64,000 nucleotides of DNA, taken from positions 37,050 to 101,049 of the forward strand of contig JBBRTB010000011.1 of assembly GCA_038244815.1 (NCBI GenBank), written 5' to 3'. Made by a program: the position numbers and the translations under genes. Each line of letters begins with the position of its first letter. Within the stretch, counting starts at the first letter, position 1. Source of the stretch: Thermoanaerobaculia bacterium. Its GTDB lineage: Bacteria; Acidobacteriota; Thermoanaerobaculia; Gp7-AA8. The notes beneath the pieces are model-generated. The model worked only from the letters and a program-made list of their open reading frames with translations. It made no database searches and had not been told where the DNA came from. Shown piece by piece: positions 18,369 to 28,134 of this stretch.

Positions 18369-20408
18369 GTGCATAGACTTGTCGCGGGCGTAGTCGCAGG
18401 ACTCATCGCACTCTCGCTGACCGCGCAGGTTCCTCGTGCAAGCGAGAACATTCAGGTCACGCTCGTCGAGGTGCCGGTCAACGTCGTCGATCGGAACGGC
18501 GCCCCTGTCCGCAATCTGACTGCCCGGAATTTCGAGCTGATCGACAACGGTCAACGTCGCGACATCACGCACTTCGACGCCATCGACCTTTCCGCCGGCG
18601 CGAAAATCGATCGCCGCGTCCTGGCCGCAGTCGCGGCCCGCAATTTTCTTCTTGTGTTCGACTTGAGCAACTCGCAGCCCGGTACGCTGGCTCGCGCCAG
18701 AGACGCCGCGCGTACGTTCGTGAAGAGTGCGGCGATGGAAGTCGATCGCATCGGCGTCGCGAACTTCTCGAGCGAGACGGGCTTTCAACTCCTGACGTCG
18801 TTCACGACCGACCGGCAGCTCGTCTCGGCGGCAATCACGACGCTCGGTCTTCCGAAGTATTTCCGCCCTGCCGATCCGCTCCTCATGACGGCGACCGAGA
18901 TGCACGAAGATGCGGACCTCGCTGAAGGCAGCTCACATCCAAACGATCAGATCTTCGCCGAAGTGGCGCGTCTGCAGGCCAGGACTCTGGACCGCGCAGC
19001 CAACGATGTGCAACGGCAGTTCATCAGCAGAACGCTCGATGGCTACGCGGAGCTGGCGCATGTTCTCGATCGCGTTGCCGGCCGCAAGCAGGTCATCGTG
19101 CTGACTGAAGGTTTCGACGCGAAGTTGATCCACGGCCGCGAGTCGCTCACTGGCGAGCAATTCCGCGACGAGCAGCGCATGATCGAAGCCGGTGAAGTCT
19201 GGCGCGTCGATAACGACAACCGGTACGGCGATTCGCACACCGCGGATGAGCTGAAGGGAATGATCGAGGTGTGCCGCCGCGCCGACGTCGTCATGCACGC
19301 GATCGACATTCGCGGCATCCGGGTCACGGGCAGCGACGTTCGCGATCTCGGGCCGAAGTCGAATGAGTCGCTGTTCCTTCTGACTCACGACACGGGCGGC
19401 ATGGTGTTCAAGAACGCGAACAGTCTCGAGGAAGACTTCCGCCGGCTCCTGCGAGCCGAGGAAGTCGTGTACATCCTCGGATTTGAAGCGCCGTCGAAGG
19501 ACCCGGGAAAGTTTCACGAGTTGAAGGTGAAGCTCGTCGACGTCACCTCAGGGCACGCGTTCCACCGCGCCGGCTACTTCGAGTCCACACCGCCGATGTC
19601 GCCGGTCGAGCGCACGCTGACCGCGGCAGAGATCATCTCGAACCAGATTCCGCAGACCGACATCATCGTTCACGCGGTGGCGACGCCGTTCCCACGCGGT
19701 GATGGAAACGCCCAGGTTCCGGTGATCGTCGAGATCGACGGGCCATCGATGCTCCGCTCCGCAAAGGCGAATCAGATCCAGAGCGAAGTGTTCATTTACG
19801 CGTTCGATGATCACAATCGGGTCCGCGATTTCGTGTATCAACCGCTCAGGCTCGATGTGAACAAGCTTCGCGATCGATTGCAACAGCACGGCGTACGCCT
19901 GTATGAAACGCTCATGCTTCCGGTGGGTCATTACTCCGTGCGCACGCTGGTTCGCGCCGGCGACCGGTCGCTGTACGGATACAGCGGCATCAACGTCGAC
20001 GTGCCTGAGTACGACCAGCTGGCCATGCTCGGAGGAACAGCCGTCGATGAGCAGCCTGGCGACTGGGTGCCGGTGAAGCCGCCCGATCGCAACGGCGTGC
20101 CGCGCGAATATCCGTTCACGATCGATGGGGCGATGCTCGTGCCGTCCGCTTCGCCGGTGCTGCGCCCGGGAGTTTCCGCTCGTGTCGCTCTGTACATCGG
20201 CCACATGACCGCGGCGCCTGCGAGCGTCGCCGGGACTGTCGACGGCCGCGAAGCGAGGGTGATGATTGCCTCGCGCTCGACGGCAGGAGGAACGGCGAAG
20301 CTGCTGCTCGACATCGTGCCGCCTGCGCTGCCTCCCGGTGATTATCAGTTGACGCTGCAGGTCCCGGAGCTTGTGCAAAACGTGGCCGTGCCATTCATCG
20401 TGCGCTAA
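18369..20408 (+). CDS. Acidobacterial-type VWA domain protein, copy 1
   Basis: Signal peptide; VEVPVNVVDRNGAPVRNLTARNFEL; FDLSNS (DxSxS); GRKQVIVLTEGF; LTHDTGG. Confidence 0.88.
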   Translation: MHRLVAGVVAGLIALSLTAQVPRASENIQVTLVEVPVNVVDRNGAPVRNLTARNFELIDNGQRRDITHFDAIDLSAGAKIDRRVLAAVAARNFLLVFDLSNSQPGTLARARDAARTFVKSAAMEVDRIGVANFSSETGFQLLTSFTTDRQLVSAAITTLGLPKYFRPADPLLMTATEMHEDADLAEGSSHPNDQIFAEVARLQARTLDRAANDVQRQFISRTLDGYAELAHVLDRVAGRKQVIVLTEGFDAKLIHGRESLTGEQFRDEQRMIEAGEVWRVDNDNRYGDSHTADELKGMIEVCRRADVVMHAIDIRGIRVTGSDVRDLGPKSNESLFLLTHDTGGMVFKNANSLEEDFRRLLRAEEVVYILGFEAPSKDPGKFHELKVKLVDVTSGHAFHRAGYFESTPPMSPVERTLTAAEIISNQIPQTDIIVHAVATPFPRGDGNAQVPVIVEIDGPSMLRSAKANQIQSEVFIYAFDDHNRVRDFVYQPLRLDVNKLRDRLQQHGVRLYETLMLPVGHYSVRTLVRAGDRSLYGYSGINVDVPEYDQLAMLGGTAVDEQPGDWVPVKPPDRNGVPREYPFTIDGAMLVPSASPVLRPGVSARVALYIGHMTAAPASVAGTVDGREARVMIASRSTAGGTAKLLLDIVPPALPPGDYQLTLQVPELVQNVAVPFIVR

Positions 20409-20475
20409 AAATAAAACGGTCGGGGACAGGGAGGGTGCGCGTTTCTGGCCACAGCGCCAGCACAAGTGACAGAAT

Positions 20476-22536
20476 ATGCGCGTGCAGAACCGACTGGCGA
20501 TCCTCGCCCTGATTGTCGTCTTCGCTTTGCCTGCCCGCACGCAGGCTCCTGCCGCCGGAGAACAAATCCAGGTCACACTCGTCGAGGTTCCCGTCAACGT
20601 CGTCGACCGCAACGGCGACGCGGTTCGCAATCTCAAACTCGAGAACTTCCAGCTGTTCGACAACGGTCAGCGCCGCAACATCACGCATTTCGACATGCTC
20701 GATCTGTCGACGGGCGCCAGCCGCGAGGCCGCCGGCCCGGCCGCCGCCGCAGCGAGCCGCAACTTTCTCCTGCTGTTCGATCTCAACAGCACCGAGCCGA
20801 ACACGCTCGCTCGCGCCCAAAAGGCCGCGCACAACTTCGTGAATGGCGCCGGCGTCAACGGCGATCGGATCGGCGTCGGCACGTTCAGCGTCCAATCCGG
20901 ATTTCATCTGCTGGCGGCGTTCACGACCGATGCAAAACTCGTGTCCGCCGCGATCGACACGCTTGGCGCGCCGAAACTGTATCAGCCCGTCGATCCGCTG
21001 CTGCTGTCGTCTGTCGAGATGCACAGAGAAGCCGAAGCCATGTTGATGAACGGCGGCAAAAATGCAGGGGCGATCGCCGAGCAACTTCACGAGAACGCAC
21101 GAGCACTCGATCGCGCGTCAAACGATATCCAGCGACAGTTCATCACCCGCACTCTGGCCGGCTACGGCGATCTGGCGCATCTTCTCGATCGTGTGCCCGG
21201 TCGAAAGCAGATCGTCCTGCTCAGCGAAGGCTTCGATGCAAAGTTGCTGCACGGCCGCGAATCGCTCACGAATGAACAGGCACGCGATGAACAGCAACAG
21301 ATCGAACGCGGCGAAGTCTGGCGCGTCGACAACGACAACCGTTACGGCAACTCACAATCCGCGAGCGATCTACGCGGGATGACGGAAATCTTCCGTCGCT
21401 CTGACGTCGTGCTGCATGCGATCGACATCAAAGGAGTCCGCGGCCTGGGCGACATCGCATCAGGCACCGCACCAGGGTCGAACGAGTCGCTGTTCCTGAT
21501 GACGCACGACACCGGCGGAATGGTTTTCAAGAACGCGAACAATCTCGACGAAGACTTCCACAATCTCCTTCGCGCCCAGGAAATCGTCTACGTGCTCGGC
21601 TTCGAGACTTCCTCGATCGCGCCGGGCAAGTTCCACGCGCTCACGGTCAAGCTCGTCGATGTTCCCTCCGCGCGTCCGATGTCTCGCGCCGGCTACTTCG
21701 AATCGACTCCGGCGACGACTCCGCTCGAGCGTACGCTGACTGCCGCCGAGATCATGGTCAATCAATTGCCGCAGAGCGGCATCGGTGTGCACTCGCTGGC
21801 GATGCCGTTTCCTCGGTCGGACGGACGAGCCCAGGTGCCGGTGATCGTCGAGATCGATGGCAAGTCGCTCATTCGCGTGGCTCGTGACAACAGGATTCAA
21901 AGTGAAGTGTTCATCTACGCGTTCGACGAGCACGACACCATTGTCGACTTCGTACACCAGCCAGTCGCGCTCGACGTCAACAAGCTCCGCGATCGCCTGC
22001 AACAACACGGCATTCGCATCTACGAGACGCTGATGCTGCCGCCCGCACGGTATTCGGTACGCACCCTCGTTCGCGCCGGAGCGGAGCCGATCTATGGTTA
22101 CAACGTCACCACGATCGATGTCCCTGCCTACGATCAGGCCGCGGTGCTTGGCGGTTCGGTCATCGACGATCGGCCGGGGGAATGGGTCCCCGTCAAGCCG
22201 CCCGATCGGCAGGGCGTCCCACACGAGTACCCGTTTGCGATCGATGGCGCGATGCTTGTGCCGTTCGCCGGTCCGGTGCTGCATCCCGGCGTTGCCTCAC
22301 GCATAGGACTCTACGTCGCGCGTCCAGCGTCGAACAAATTGAGCGTTGTCGGCGACATCGCCGGCCGCCAGACACCGGTTACAGTTGCCACGCGATCCAT
22401 GGCACCCGACGGCTCGGCGAAGCTGTTGCTCGACTTCACGCCGCCCTCACTTCCGCCCGGCGATTACGTTCTGACGTTGCACGTCGGTGAGGCAGGGACG
22501 AAGAACGTTACGACCGTGCCGTTCGCCGTGCGCTGA
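20476..22536 (+). CDS. Acidobacterial-type VWA domain protein, copy 2 (tandem paralog)
   Basis: Colinear with copy 1 (shared GEVWRVDNDNRYG, SNESLFL, WVPVKPPDR); FDLNST. Confidence 0.88.
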   Translation: MRVQNRLAILALIVVFALPARTQAPAAGEQIQVTLVEVPVNVVDRNGDAVRNLKLENFQLFDNGQRRNITHFDMLDLSTGASREAAGPAAAAASRNFLLLFDLNSTEPNTLARAQKAAHNFVNGAGVNGDRIGVGTFSVQSGFHLLAAFTTDAKLVSAAIDTLGAPKLYQPVDPLLLSSVEMHREAEAMLMNGGKNAGAIAEQLHENARALDRASNDIQRQFITRTLAGYGDLAHLLDRVPGRKQIVLLSEGFDAKLLHGRESLTNEQARDEQQQIERGEVWRVDNDNRYGNSQSASDLRGMTEIFRRSDVVLHAIDIKGVRGLGDIASGTAPGSNESLFLMTHDTGGMVFKNANNLDEDFHNLLRAQEIVYVLGFETSSIAPGKFHALTVKLVDVPSARPMSRAGYFESTPATTPLERTLTAAEIMVNQLPQSGIGVHSLAMPFPRSDGRAQVPVIVEIDGKSLIRVARDNRIQSEVFIYAFDEHDTIVDFVHQPVALDVNKLRDRLQQHGIRIYETLMLPPARYSVRTLVRAGAEPIYGYNVTTIDVPAYDQAAVLGGSVIDDRPGEWVPVKPPDRQGVPHEYPFAIDGAMLVPFAGPVLHPGVASRIGLYVARPASNKLSVVGDIAGRQTPVTVATRSMAPDGSAKLLLDFTPPSLPPGDYVLTLHVGEAGTKNVTTVPFAVR

Positions 22537-22563
22537 GAACGCCCGTTATACTTTTCGCAACAC

Positions 22564-23250
22564 GTGGATCTACCCGAATTCGAGCGGTGCATCGGCTATA
22601 CCTTCCAGCGGCGCGACCTGCTCACACGCGCGGTCACGCACAAGTCGTATTCGCACGAGGCCCGGCAGGGGGACGTCCGTCACAACGAGACGTTCGAATT
22701 CCTCGGCGACTCGGTGCTGGGCTTCGTGATCGGCGACATGCTGTTCCGCCACTTTCCCGAGCTCGATGAGGGCGCGCTTTCGAAGATGAAGGCCTACCTC
22801 GTCAGCGCCACGAGCCTGGCCGCGAAGGCCCGCCACTTCGGCATGGGCGACGTGATTCTGCTCGGCGTCGGTGAGGAGAAGACCGGCGGCCGCAGGAAAG
22901 ACTCGCTGCTCGCCAACCTCTACGAGGCCATGCTCGCGGCGATCTATCTCGACGGCGGCATCGACGCGGCCCGGCGTGTCATCGAGCAGTCTTTCCTCGC
23001 CGACATCCAGTCCATCGACGAGGAGGACCTGCTTTTCCAGGATTACAAGACGGCGCTACAGGAGCTCGCGCAGGGGAAGGGGTTCCCGCTGCCGGAATAC
23101 AACGTCATCGGTGAAGTCGGTCCCGACCACGACAAGACGTTCATCGTGGAGGTGCGCGTGGGCAGCCTGTCGACGCGCGGCGAGGGCTCTTCGAAGAAAG
23201 AGGCACAGCAGGAAGCGGCGAAGCGTGCGCTGGCAGAGTTCGCTGCTTAG
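22564..23250 (+). CDS. rnc: Ribonuclease III
   Basis: THKSY, NETFEFLGDSVL, EA..AAIYLDGG, DYKTALQE, GPDHDK.F, SKKEAQQ.AA. Confidence 0.96.
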   Translation: MDLPEFERCIGYTFQRRDLLTRAVTHKSYSHEARQGDVRHNETFEFLGDSVLGFVIGDMLFRHFPELDEGALSKMKAYLVSATSLAAKARHFGMGDVILLGVGEEKTGGRRKDSLLANLYEAMLAAIYLDGGIDAARRVIEQSFLADIQSIDEEDLLFQDYKTALQELAQGKGFPLPEYNVIGEVGPDHDKTFIVEVRVGSLSTRGEGSSKKEAQQEAAKRALAEFAA

Positions 23251-23298
23251 GCCTCGGATGGACGGGAACCGAGGCCCGAGGCCCGAGGCCCGAGGCCT
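23250..23298. repeat. Heptamer repeat
   Basis: GGCCTCGG ... (CCGAGGC)4. Confidence 0.85.
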
Positions 23299-23299
23299 G

Positions 23300-24421
23300 G
23301 TGATTGTGATGATCGCGGCTGCCGCAACCATGCTCCTTCTGGCCCAGGCGCCTGCTCCCGCCAGCAACGAGGATCTGGATCGCATCCGCGGCGAGATCGC
23401 CAGGCTCAGGCAGCGTCTCGACGTCGTCCACCGCCAGGCCACGAACATCCGCGAGGAGCTCGAGGCTGCGGATCTCGAGCTGGACATCCACTCGCGCGAG
23501 CTGGAGATCGCCACCCAGACCAGGCAGCGCGTCGACGTCGAGCGCGCCAACGACGAAGCGCAGATCGCCGAACTGACCGTCAGGATTACCTTGCAGAAGC
23601 AGCATCTGCGCAAGCGTCTGGTGGCGCTCTATCAGCTCGGGGGGCTGAGCTATCTGCGCATCCTGATGTCGCTCGACCAGCGGCACGACCCGAGAGCGGC
23701 GATCTCGATGCTCAGCTTTCTCGTCACCCACGACTCGCGCATGATCACGCGGTTCCAGACCACCAGGCGCCAACTCGACCTGGAGAAGATCGCGCTGGCC
23801 AAGCGGCAGCAGGAGCTGGCCGCGCTGGCCCGGGTGATCGAGGAGCGCCGGCGCGCCGTCGCGGCGTCCTACGCGGAGAAAGAGCGCGTCCTGGCCGAGC
23901 TCGAGAAGCAGGAGAGCGGATCGGCGCAGCAGCTCGCCGAGCTCGAGGAGAAGGCGCGACGGCTGCAGCGCCTGGTGGGCGTGCTTTCGGCGCAGGCGCC
24001 CACGATCGCCCCTTCCTCCGACGTCCGCACGTACCTCGGTGCGCTGGCCTGGCCCGTCGACGGCGAGGTCGTGGAGCGGTTTGGAAGGCAGCGTAACCCG
24101 AAGTTTTCAACCTATACGATGAACAACGGCCTCAAAATCGCGGCGGCCGCCCGCACCGAGGTGCGGGCGGTGTTTCAGGGAACAGTTCTCTTCTCGCAGT
24201 GGTTCAAAGGGTACGGTAACTTGATCATTCTCGACCACGGCAATCGCGTCTTCTCGCTCTACGGAAACATCGCCGGACCACTGGTTGCAGTCGGAGATCG
24301 GATCAGCACTGGTCAGCCGATTGCAGGCGTGGGCGAGGGCGAAGACGCGAACGGCGGCTACCTCTACTTCGAAATCCGGCAGGATAATCACCCCGAGGAT
24401 CCACAGAAATGGTTGCGTTGA
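23300..24421 (+). CDS. envC: EnvC-like murein hydrolase activator (coiled coil plus degenerate M23)
   Basis: Long coiled coil; WPVDG, GYGNLIILDHG..SLYGN, YLYFEIR with Zn ligands absent; start approximate. Confidence 0.8.
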   Translation: MIVMIAAAATMLLLAQAPAPASNEDLDRIRGEIARLRQRLDVVHRQATNIREELEAADLELDIHSRELEIATQTRQRVDVERANDEAQIAELTVRITLQKQHLRKRLVALYQLGGLSYLRILMSLDQRHDPRAAISMLSFLVTHDSRMITRFQTTRRQLDLEKIALAKRQQELAALARVIEERRRAVAASYAEKERVLAELEKQESGSAQQLAELEEKARRLQRLVGVLSAQAPTIAPSSDVRTYLGALAWPVDGEVVERFGRQRNPKFSTYTMNNGLKIAAAARTEVRAVFQGTVLFSQWFKGYGNLIILDHGNRVFSLYGNIAGPLVAVGDRISTGQPIAGVGEGEDANGGYLYFEIRQDNHPEDPQKWLR

Positions 24422-25617
24422 TGACGAAAAGAAAGATCGCCTTTGTCGCTGTTTCCAGCGCGCTGCTGGTGTTCCTCATCGGGGGCGCCGTCTTCGGGCA
24501 GGCCACGCAGAAGAACAACGTCTATCGATACCTGAGCATCTTTTCCGAGGTGTTCGATCTGGTTCGCAGCAACTACGTCGAGGACGTGTCGTCGGACAGG
24601 CTGATGGACGGCGCCTTCTCCGGCGTCACCGATGCGGTCGATGAATTCAGCTACTACGTTCCGCCGACACAGATGGCCACCTACAAGTCGTTCGTCGAGA
24701 ACGAGGACAACGGCATCGGACTCGTAGTCACGAAGCGCTTCGGTTACGCGTACGTGATCACTGCCATCGCTGATTCCCCCGGGGCGAAGGCGGGCATCGA
24801 GCGCGGCGACTTCATCGAGAAGATCGACGGCGCACCGACGCAGAAGATGGCCGTTTGGCAGATGCGTCAGGCGCTGCGTGCGAACAAGGCGATACACCTG
24901 CAGGTGTTGCGCGGTGGACAGACCCACCGCGACGAATTCACCATCCAGCCCGCGGCGTATCACCCCGTGCCGCTGGAGACGAATCATTACGGTGCGGTGG
25001 CCTACATCCGGATTCCCTACTTCGAAAAAGGAAGCGAGGGGCAATTCCGCTCCGCGCTCGAGAAGATCCGCAAGGACGGTGCGCGCAAGCTGATCGTCGA
25101 TCTGCGGGGCAACGCCGGCGGTGATGTCGACGAGGCGATCGCTTCCGCCGACGATCTGCTCGCCGGCGGTCTCATCACGTCGATCGAGGGGCGGAAAGTG
25201 GAGCCGAAGCGCTGGCAGGCCGATCGAGCCACCGTGTATGACGGTGACGTCGAGGTGCTGACCGATCCATCGACGGCGTCGGGCGCGGAGATCTTCGCCG
25301 CCGCCATTCGCGGCAACAACCGCGGCAAAGTCGTCGGCGTGACGACGTACGGCAAGTCGATCGTGCAGCGCTTCATCCCCCTGCCCAGCGGCGGCGGCGT
25401 CTACATGACCGTCGCGCATTACACGACACCGGACATGAAGCCGATCAAGGAAGCCGGTGTGCGTCCCGACGTCCTGGTGGACCTGACCTCTCTGGCGCTG
25501 CGCGATCCGAAAGACAAGAACTCGGCCGCAAAAGCGAACCAGCCTGATCTGATCCTCGAAAAGGCGCTGGCGTTGTTCGGAGAGCCCGCACCGGCGGCCG
25601 TGAAGAAAGCGGCGTAA
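24421..25617 (+). CDS. ctpA: S41 carboxy-terminal processing protease with PDZ domain
   Basis: DLRGNAGG, TASGAEIFA, TYGKSIVQ, YTTP, GVRPD. Confidence 0.9.
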   Translation: MTKRKIAFVAVSSALLVFLIGGAVFGQATQKNNVYRYLSIFSEVFDLVRSNYVEDVSSDRLMDGAFSGVTDAVDEFSYYVPPTQMATYKSFVENEDNGIGLVVTKRFGYAYVITAIADSPGAKAGIERGDFIEKIDGAPTQKMAVWQMRQALRANKAIHLQVLRGGQTHRDEFTIQPAAYHPVPLETNHYGAVAYIRIPYFEKGSEGQFRSALEKIRKDGARKLIVDLRGNAGGDVDEAIASADDLLAGGLITSIEGRKVEPKRWQADRATVYDGDVEVLTDPSTASGAEIFAAAIRGNNRGKVVGVTTYGKSIVQRFIPLPSGGGVYMTVAHYTTPDMKPIKEAGVRPDVLVDLTSLALRDPKDKNSAAKANQPDLILEKALALFGEPAPAAVKKAA

Positions 25618-25631
25618 AATCCAGCCAGCGA

Positions 25632-26522
25632 ATGCCTGGCAGGGAGGGGACTCGGCGCACTTCGTTCCGCACGATCGCGGCCCTGACCGCCGTTCCCATC
25701 GTCGGACTCTTTCTGATCGCCTGCTGGCTGCTGTTCCTCCGTTCCTCGAAGCCGGCGGTGAACAAGGTCTCGGGCCTCGGGCCTCGGGCCTCGGTTGTCC
25801 CGCGACCTCAACCCAAACCGAGAACCGAGGACCGAGGCCCGGGGACCGAGGCTTCCAAGCCACCGGCCCCCGCCATCGTCATCATCATCGACGACGTCGG
25901 CTATGGCGGTCAGCATCTCGATCGGGCCATGGCCATCGATCCCAACTTCAACTTCGCCGTGCTGCCGAATTCGACGCGAGGATCGGAGGCGGCGGAACAA
26001 CTGAACGAGCGAGGCTTCGAGATCCTCTGTCATCTGCCGATGCAGCCGCGGGACGGCAGAATCTCGCCGGGACCGCACGCGGTGCTGACGTCGATGTCTG
26101 ACGGTGAGATCGCCAGCACCACGCGCGAGAACATCGCCGCGGTGCCGCACGCGCGCGGAGTCAACAACCACATGGGATCGCTGGCCACCGCCGACCGGCG
26201 GGTGATGACCGACGTCATGCGCGCTCTGCCACAGGGAATGTATTTCATCGACTCGAAAACGGGTGGCCGCTCGATCGCGGCGGAGGTGGCGCGGGAACTG
26301 AATGTGAGGACGGCCACGCGGCAGGTCTTTCTCGACGATGTTCTGACCGATGCGGGCGTGAGGAAGCAGCTGGCGCTGTTGTCGGCGGCAGCGAAGAGCA
26401 AGGGAGTGGCCATCGGCATCGGACATCCGCACGACGTGACGCTGCGCGTTCTGGAGGCGGAAGTGCCCCTTCTTCGCGCGCGCGGATTCCATTTCGTGCG
26501 CGCCAGCGAAGTCGTGAACTGA
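25632..26522 (+). CDS. Divergent polysaccharide deacetylase (YibQ-like)
   Basis: IIIDDVG, HLPMQP, NNHMGS, FIDSKT, VFLD, AIGIGHP. Confidence 0.92.
   Translation: MPGREGTRRTSFRTIAALTAVPIVGLFLIACWLLFLRSSKPAVNKVSGLGPRASVVPRPQPKPRTEDRGPGTEASKPPAPAIVIIIDDVGYGGQHLDRAMAIDPNFNFAVLPNSTRGSEAAEQLNERGFEILCHLPMQPRDGRISPGPHAVLTSMSDGEIASTTRENIAAVPHARGVNNHMGSLATADRRVMTDVMRALPQGMYFIDSKTGGRSIAAEVARELNVRTATRQVFLDDVLTDAGVRKQLALLSAAAKSKGVAIGIGHPHDVTLRVLEAEVPLLRARGFHFVRASEVVN
25766..25852. repeat. Heptamer hairpin inside the deacetylase CDS
   Basis: (GGCCTCG)n ... (CCGAGGA/C)n, translated SGLGPRAS...[12 protein letters not shown]. Confidence 0.85.
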
Positions 26523-26523
26523 C

Positions 26524-27267
26524 GTGCTGCTCGCTCTCTTCACGATCGAGCTCGCCACTGGCCTTCTTCTCTTTCTTCCGCTCGTCGGCCGGCGCAACGC
26601 CGGGGTGAAGTTCTACCGGCTCGTGCTGATCGTCAGCGGCGTGCTCGCGGTGGTGGCGATCGCCGCGCACCTCGGCGCCGGCCGGCAGCGTCTGGCGAGT
26701 TTCGATGCGGCCGCGCTCGTGCTGACGGCTGTCGTCTGGTTCGTGCTGCGCTATCCGAAGCGGACCGTATTCCGGCTCTCCGCGCTGTTGCTGGGGATCG
26801 CCTATGTGCTGGCGTCGATCGCGGCCTGGGACGCCGCCGTTCATCCATCGACGATGATCTGGTCGGCCCTCGGATCCCTGTCGACGGTGGCCCTGCTTGG
26901 AAGCGTGGGTCTGGCCATGACGCTCGGTCACTGGTATCTCGTGGTGCGCGGGATGCCCATCGATCCGCTGAAGCGGCTGACCATCGCCACGCTCGTGGCA
27001 GCCGTCGCCAAGTTACTGTTGGTCGTTACGGCGATTCTGGCAGGGGGAGCGTGGCACGAGGTAGCGGTCCGCCAGGGCATCTTCTTCTGGATGCGCGCGG
27101 GATGGGGCCTGTGCGGCCCTCTGCTCCTGTTTCCGATGGTGTGGGGGACCGTGAAGATCCGCTCGACCATGGCGGCGACCGGGATCCTCTACGTCGATGT
27201 GGTGGCGGTGGTGATCGGCGAAGTGCTGGGAGGGTGGCTGTCGGCGATCGTGCACCTGCCGGTGTGA
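26524..27267 (+). CDS. Multi-pass membrane protein of unknown function
   Basis: About 8 hydrophobic segments; MTLGHWYL motif. Confidence 0.75.
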   Translation: MLLALFTIELATGLLLFLPLVGRRNAGVKFYRLVLIVSGVLAVVAIAAHLGAGRQRLASFDAAALVLTAVVWFVLRYPKRTVFRLSALLLGIAYVLASIAAWDAAVHPSTMIWSALGSLSTVALLGSVGLAMTLGHWYLVVRGMPIDPLKRLTIATLVAAVAKLLLVVTAILAGGAWHEVAVRQGIFFWMRAGWGLCGPLLLFPMVWGTVKIRSTMAATGILYVDVVAVVIGEVLGGWLSAIVHLPV

Positions 27268-27326
27268 GCGGACCGGCGTATAGTCATCACTCCACCATCG
27301 ATGTGGTACGTACCTCAGGAGATTCG

Positions 27327-28127
27327 ATGAAAATCAGGAACCGGGCTCTCGCTGTGCTGTTGCTTTCATTCACCGTCCCCGCGCTGGCCCAGGATCTGAC
27401 CATCGTCTCGAAGGTCACGAAAGACGGCGCTCCGGCCGGGACCGCCGTCAGCTACATCGCCAGCGATCACGTCCGCATGTCGCAGGGCGACGGCCGCGAG
27501 ACGATCGTCGACTTGAAGTCGGGACAGATGACCACGCTCGACGGCAAGAAGAAGACCTACTACGTCATCACCCGTGAGGACATGGATGCCATGGCCGCCC
27601 GGATGCGTGAGCAGATGAACAGCCCGGAGATGAAGCAGGCGCAGGAAAAGATGAAGAACATGCCGCCGGAACAGCGGGAGCGGATGGACGCGGCCATGAG
27701 CATGTTCAAGTTCGATGTGAGCAAGTCGGGCACCACGCGCAAGATCGCCGGTTACACGTGCGAGAACTGGAAGGTGAGCATGGGCCGCGTCTCGACGACC
27801 GAGGAGTGCCTGACGGAGGAGTTGAAGTTTCCGGCTCAGGCCTGGACGATGTACCGCGGGTTCGCCGACAGCATGAAGAGCGTCATGAGCGCGATGGGGC
27901 CGATGGCGAAGAGTGCGGCCGACATGCAGGAACAGTTCAAGAAGATGAAGGGGTTTCCGCTGGCGAACACCACCACCATCGATCTCATGGGGCACAAATC
28001 GGTTACGTCGACCGAGGTGACCGAAGTGCGGCGCGGTCCGATTCCGTCATCGGCATGGGAGGTTCCGGCCGGTTACACAAAGGTCGAGAACCCGATGAAC
28101 AAAGCGATGGCTCGACCGCGGCGCTGA
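27327..28127 (+). CDS. Exported DUF4412-like protein
   Basis: AGGAG RBS, signal peptide, KIAGYTCE.W, GFPL, WEVPAGYTKV. Confidence 0.75.
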   Translation: MKIRNRALAVLLLSFTVPALAQDLTIVSKVTKDGAPAGTAVSYIASDHVRMSQGDGRETIVDLKSGQMTTLDGKKKTYYVITREDMDAMAARMREQMNSPEMKQAQEKMKNMPPEQRERMDAAMSMFKFDVSKSGTTRKIAGYTCENWKVSMGRVSTTEECLTEELKFPAQAWTMYRGFADSMKSVMSAMGPMAKSAADMQEQFKKMKGFPLANTTTIDLMGHKSVTSTEVTEVRRGPIPSSAWEVPAGYTKVENPMNKAMARPRR

Positions 28128-28134
28128 CCGAAGC

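Noticed and set aside
10519-22536. Integrative island at tRNA-Phe
   Set aside because: No integrase and no duplicated tRNA 3' end found by eye; the compositional shift is only an impression
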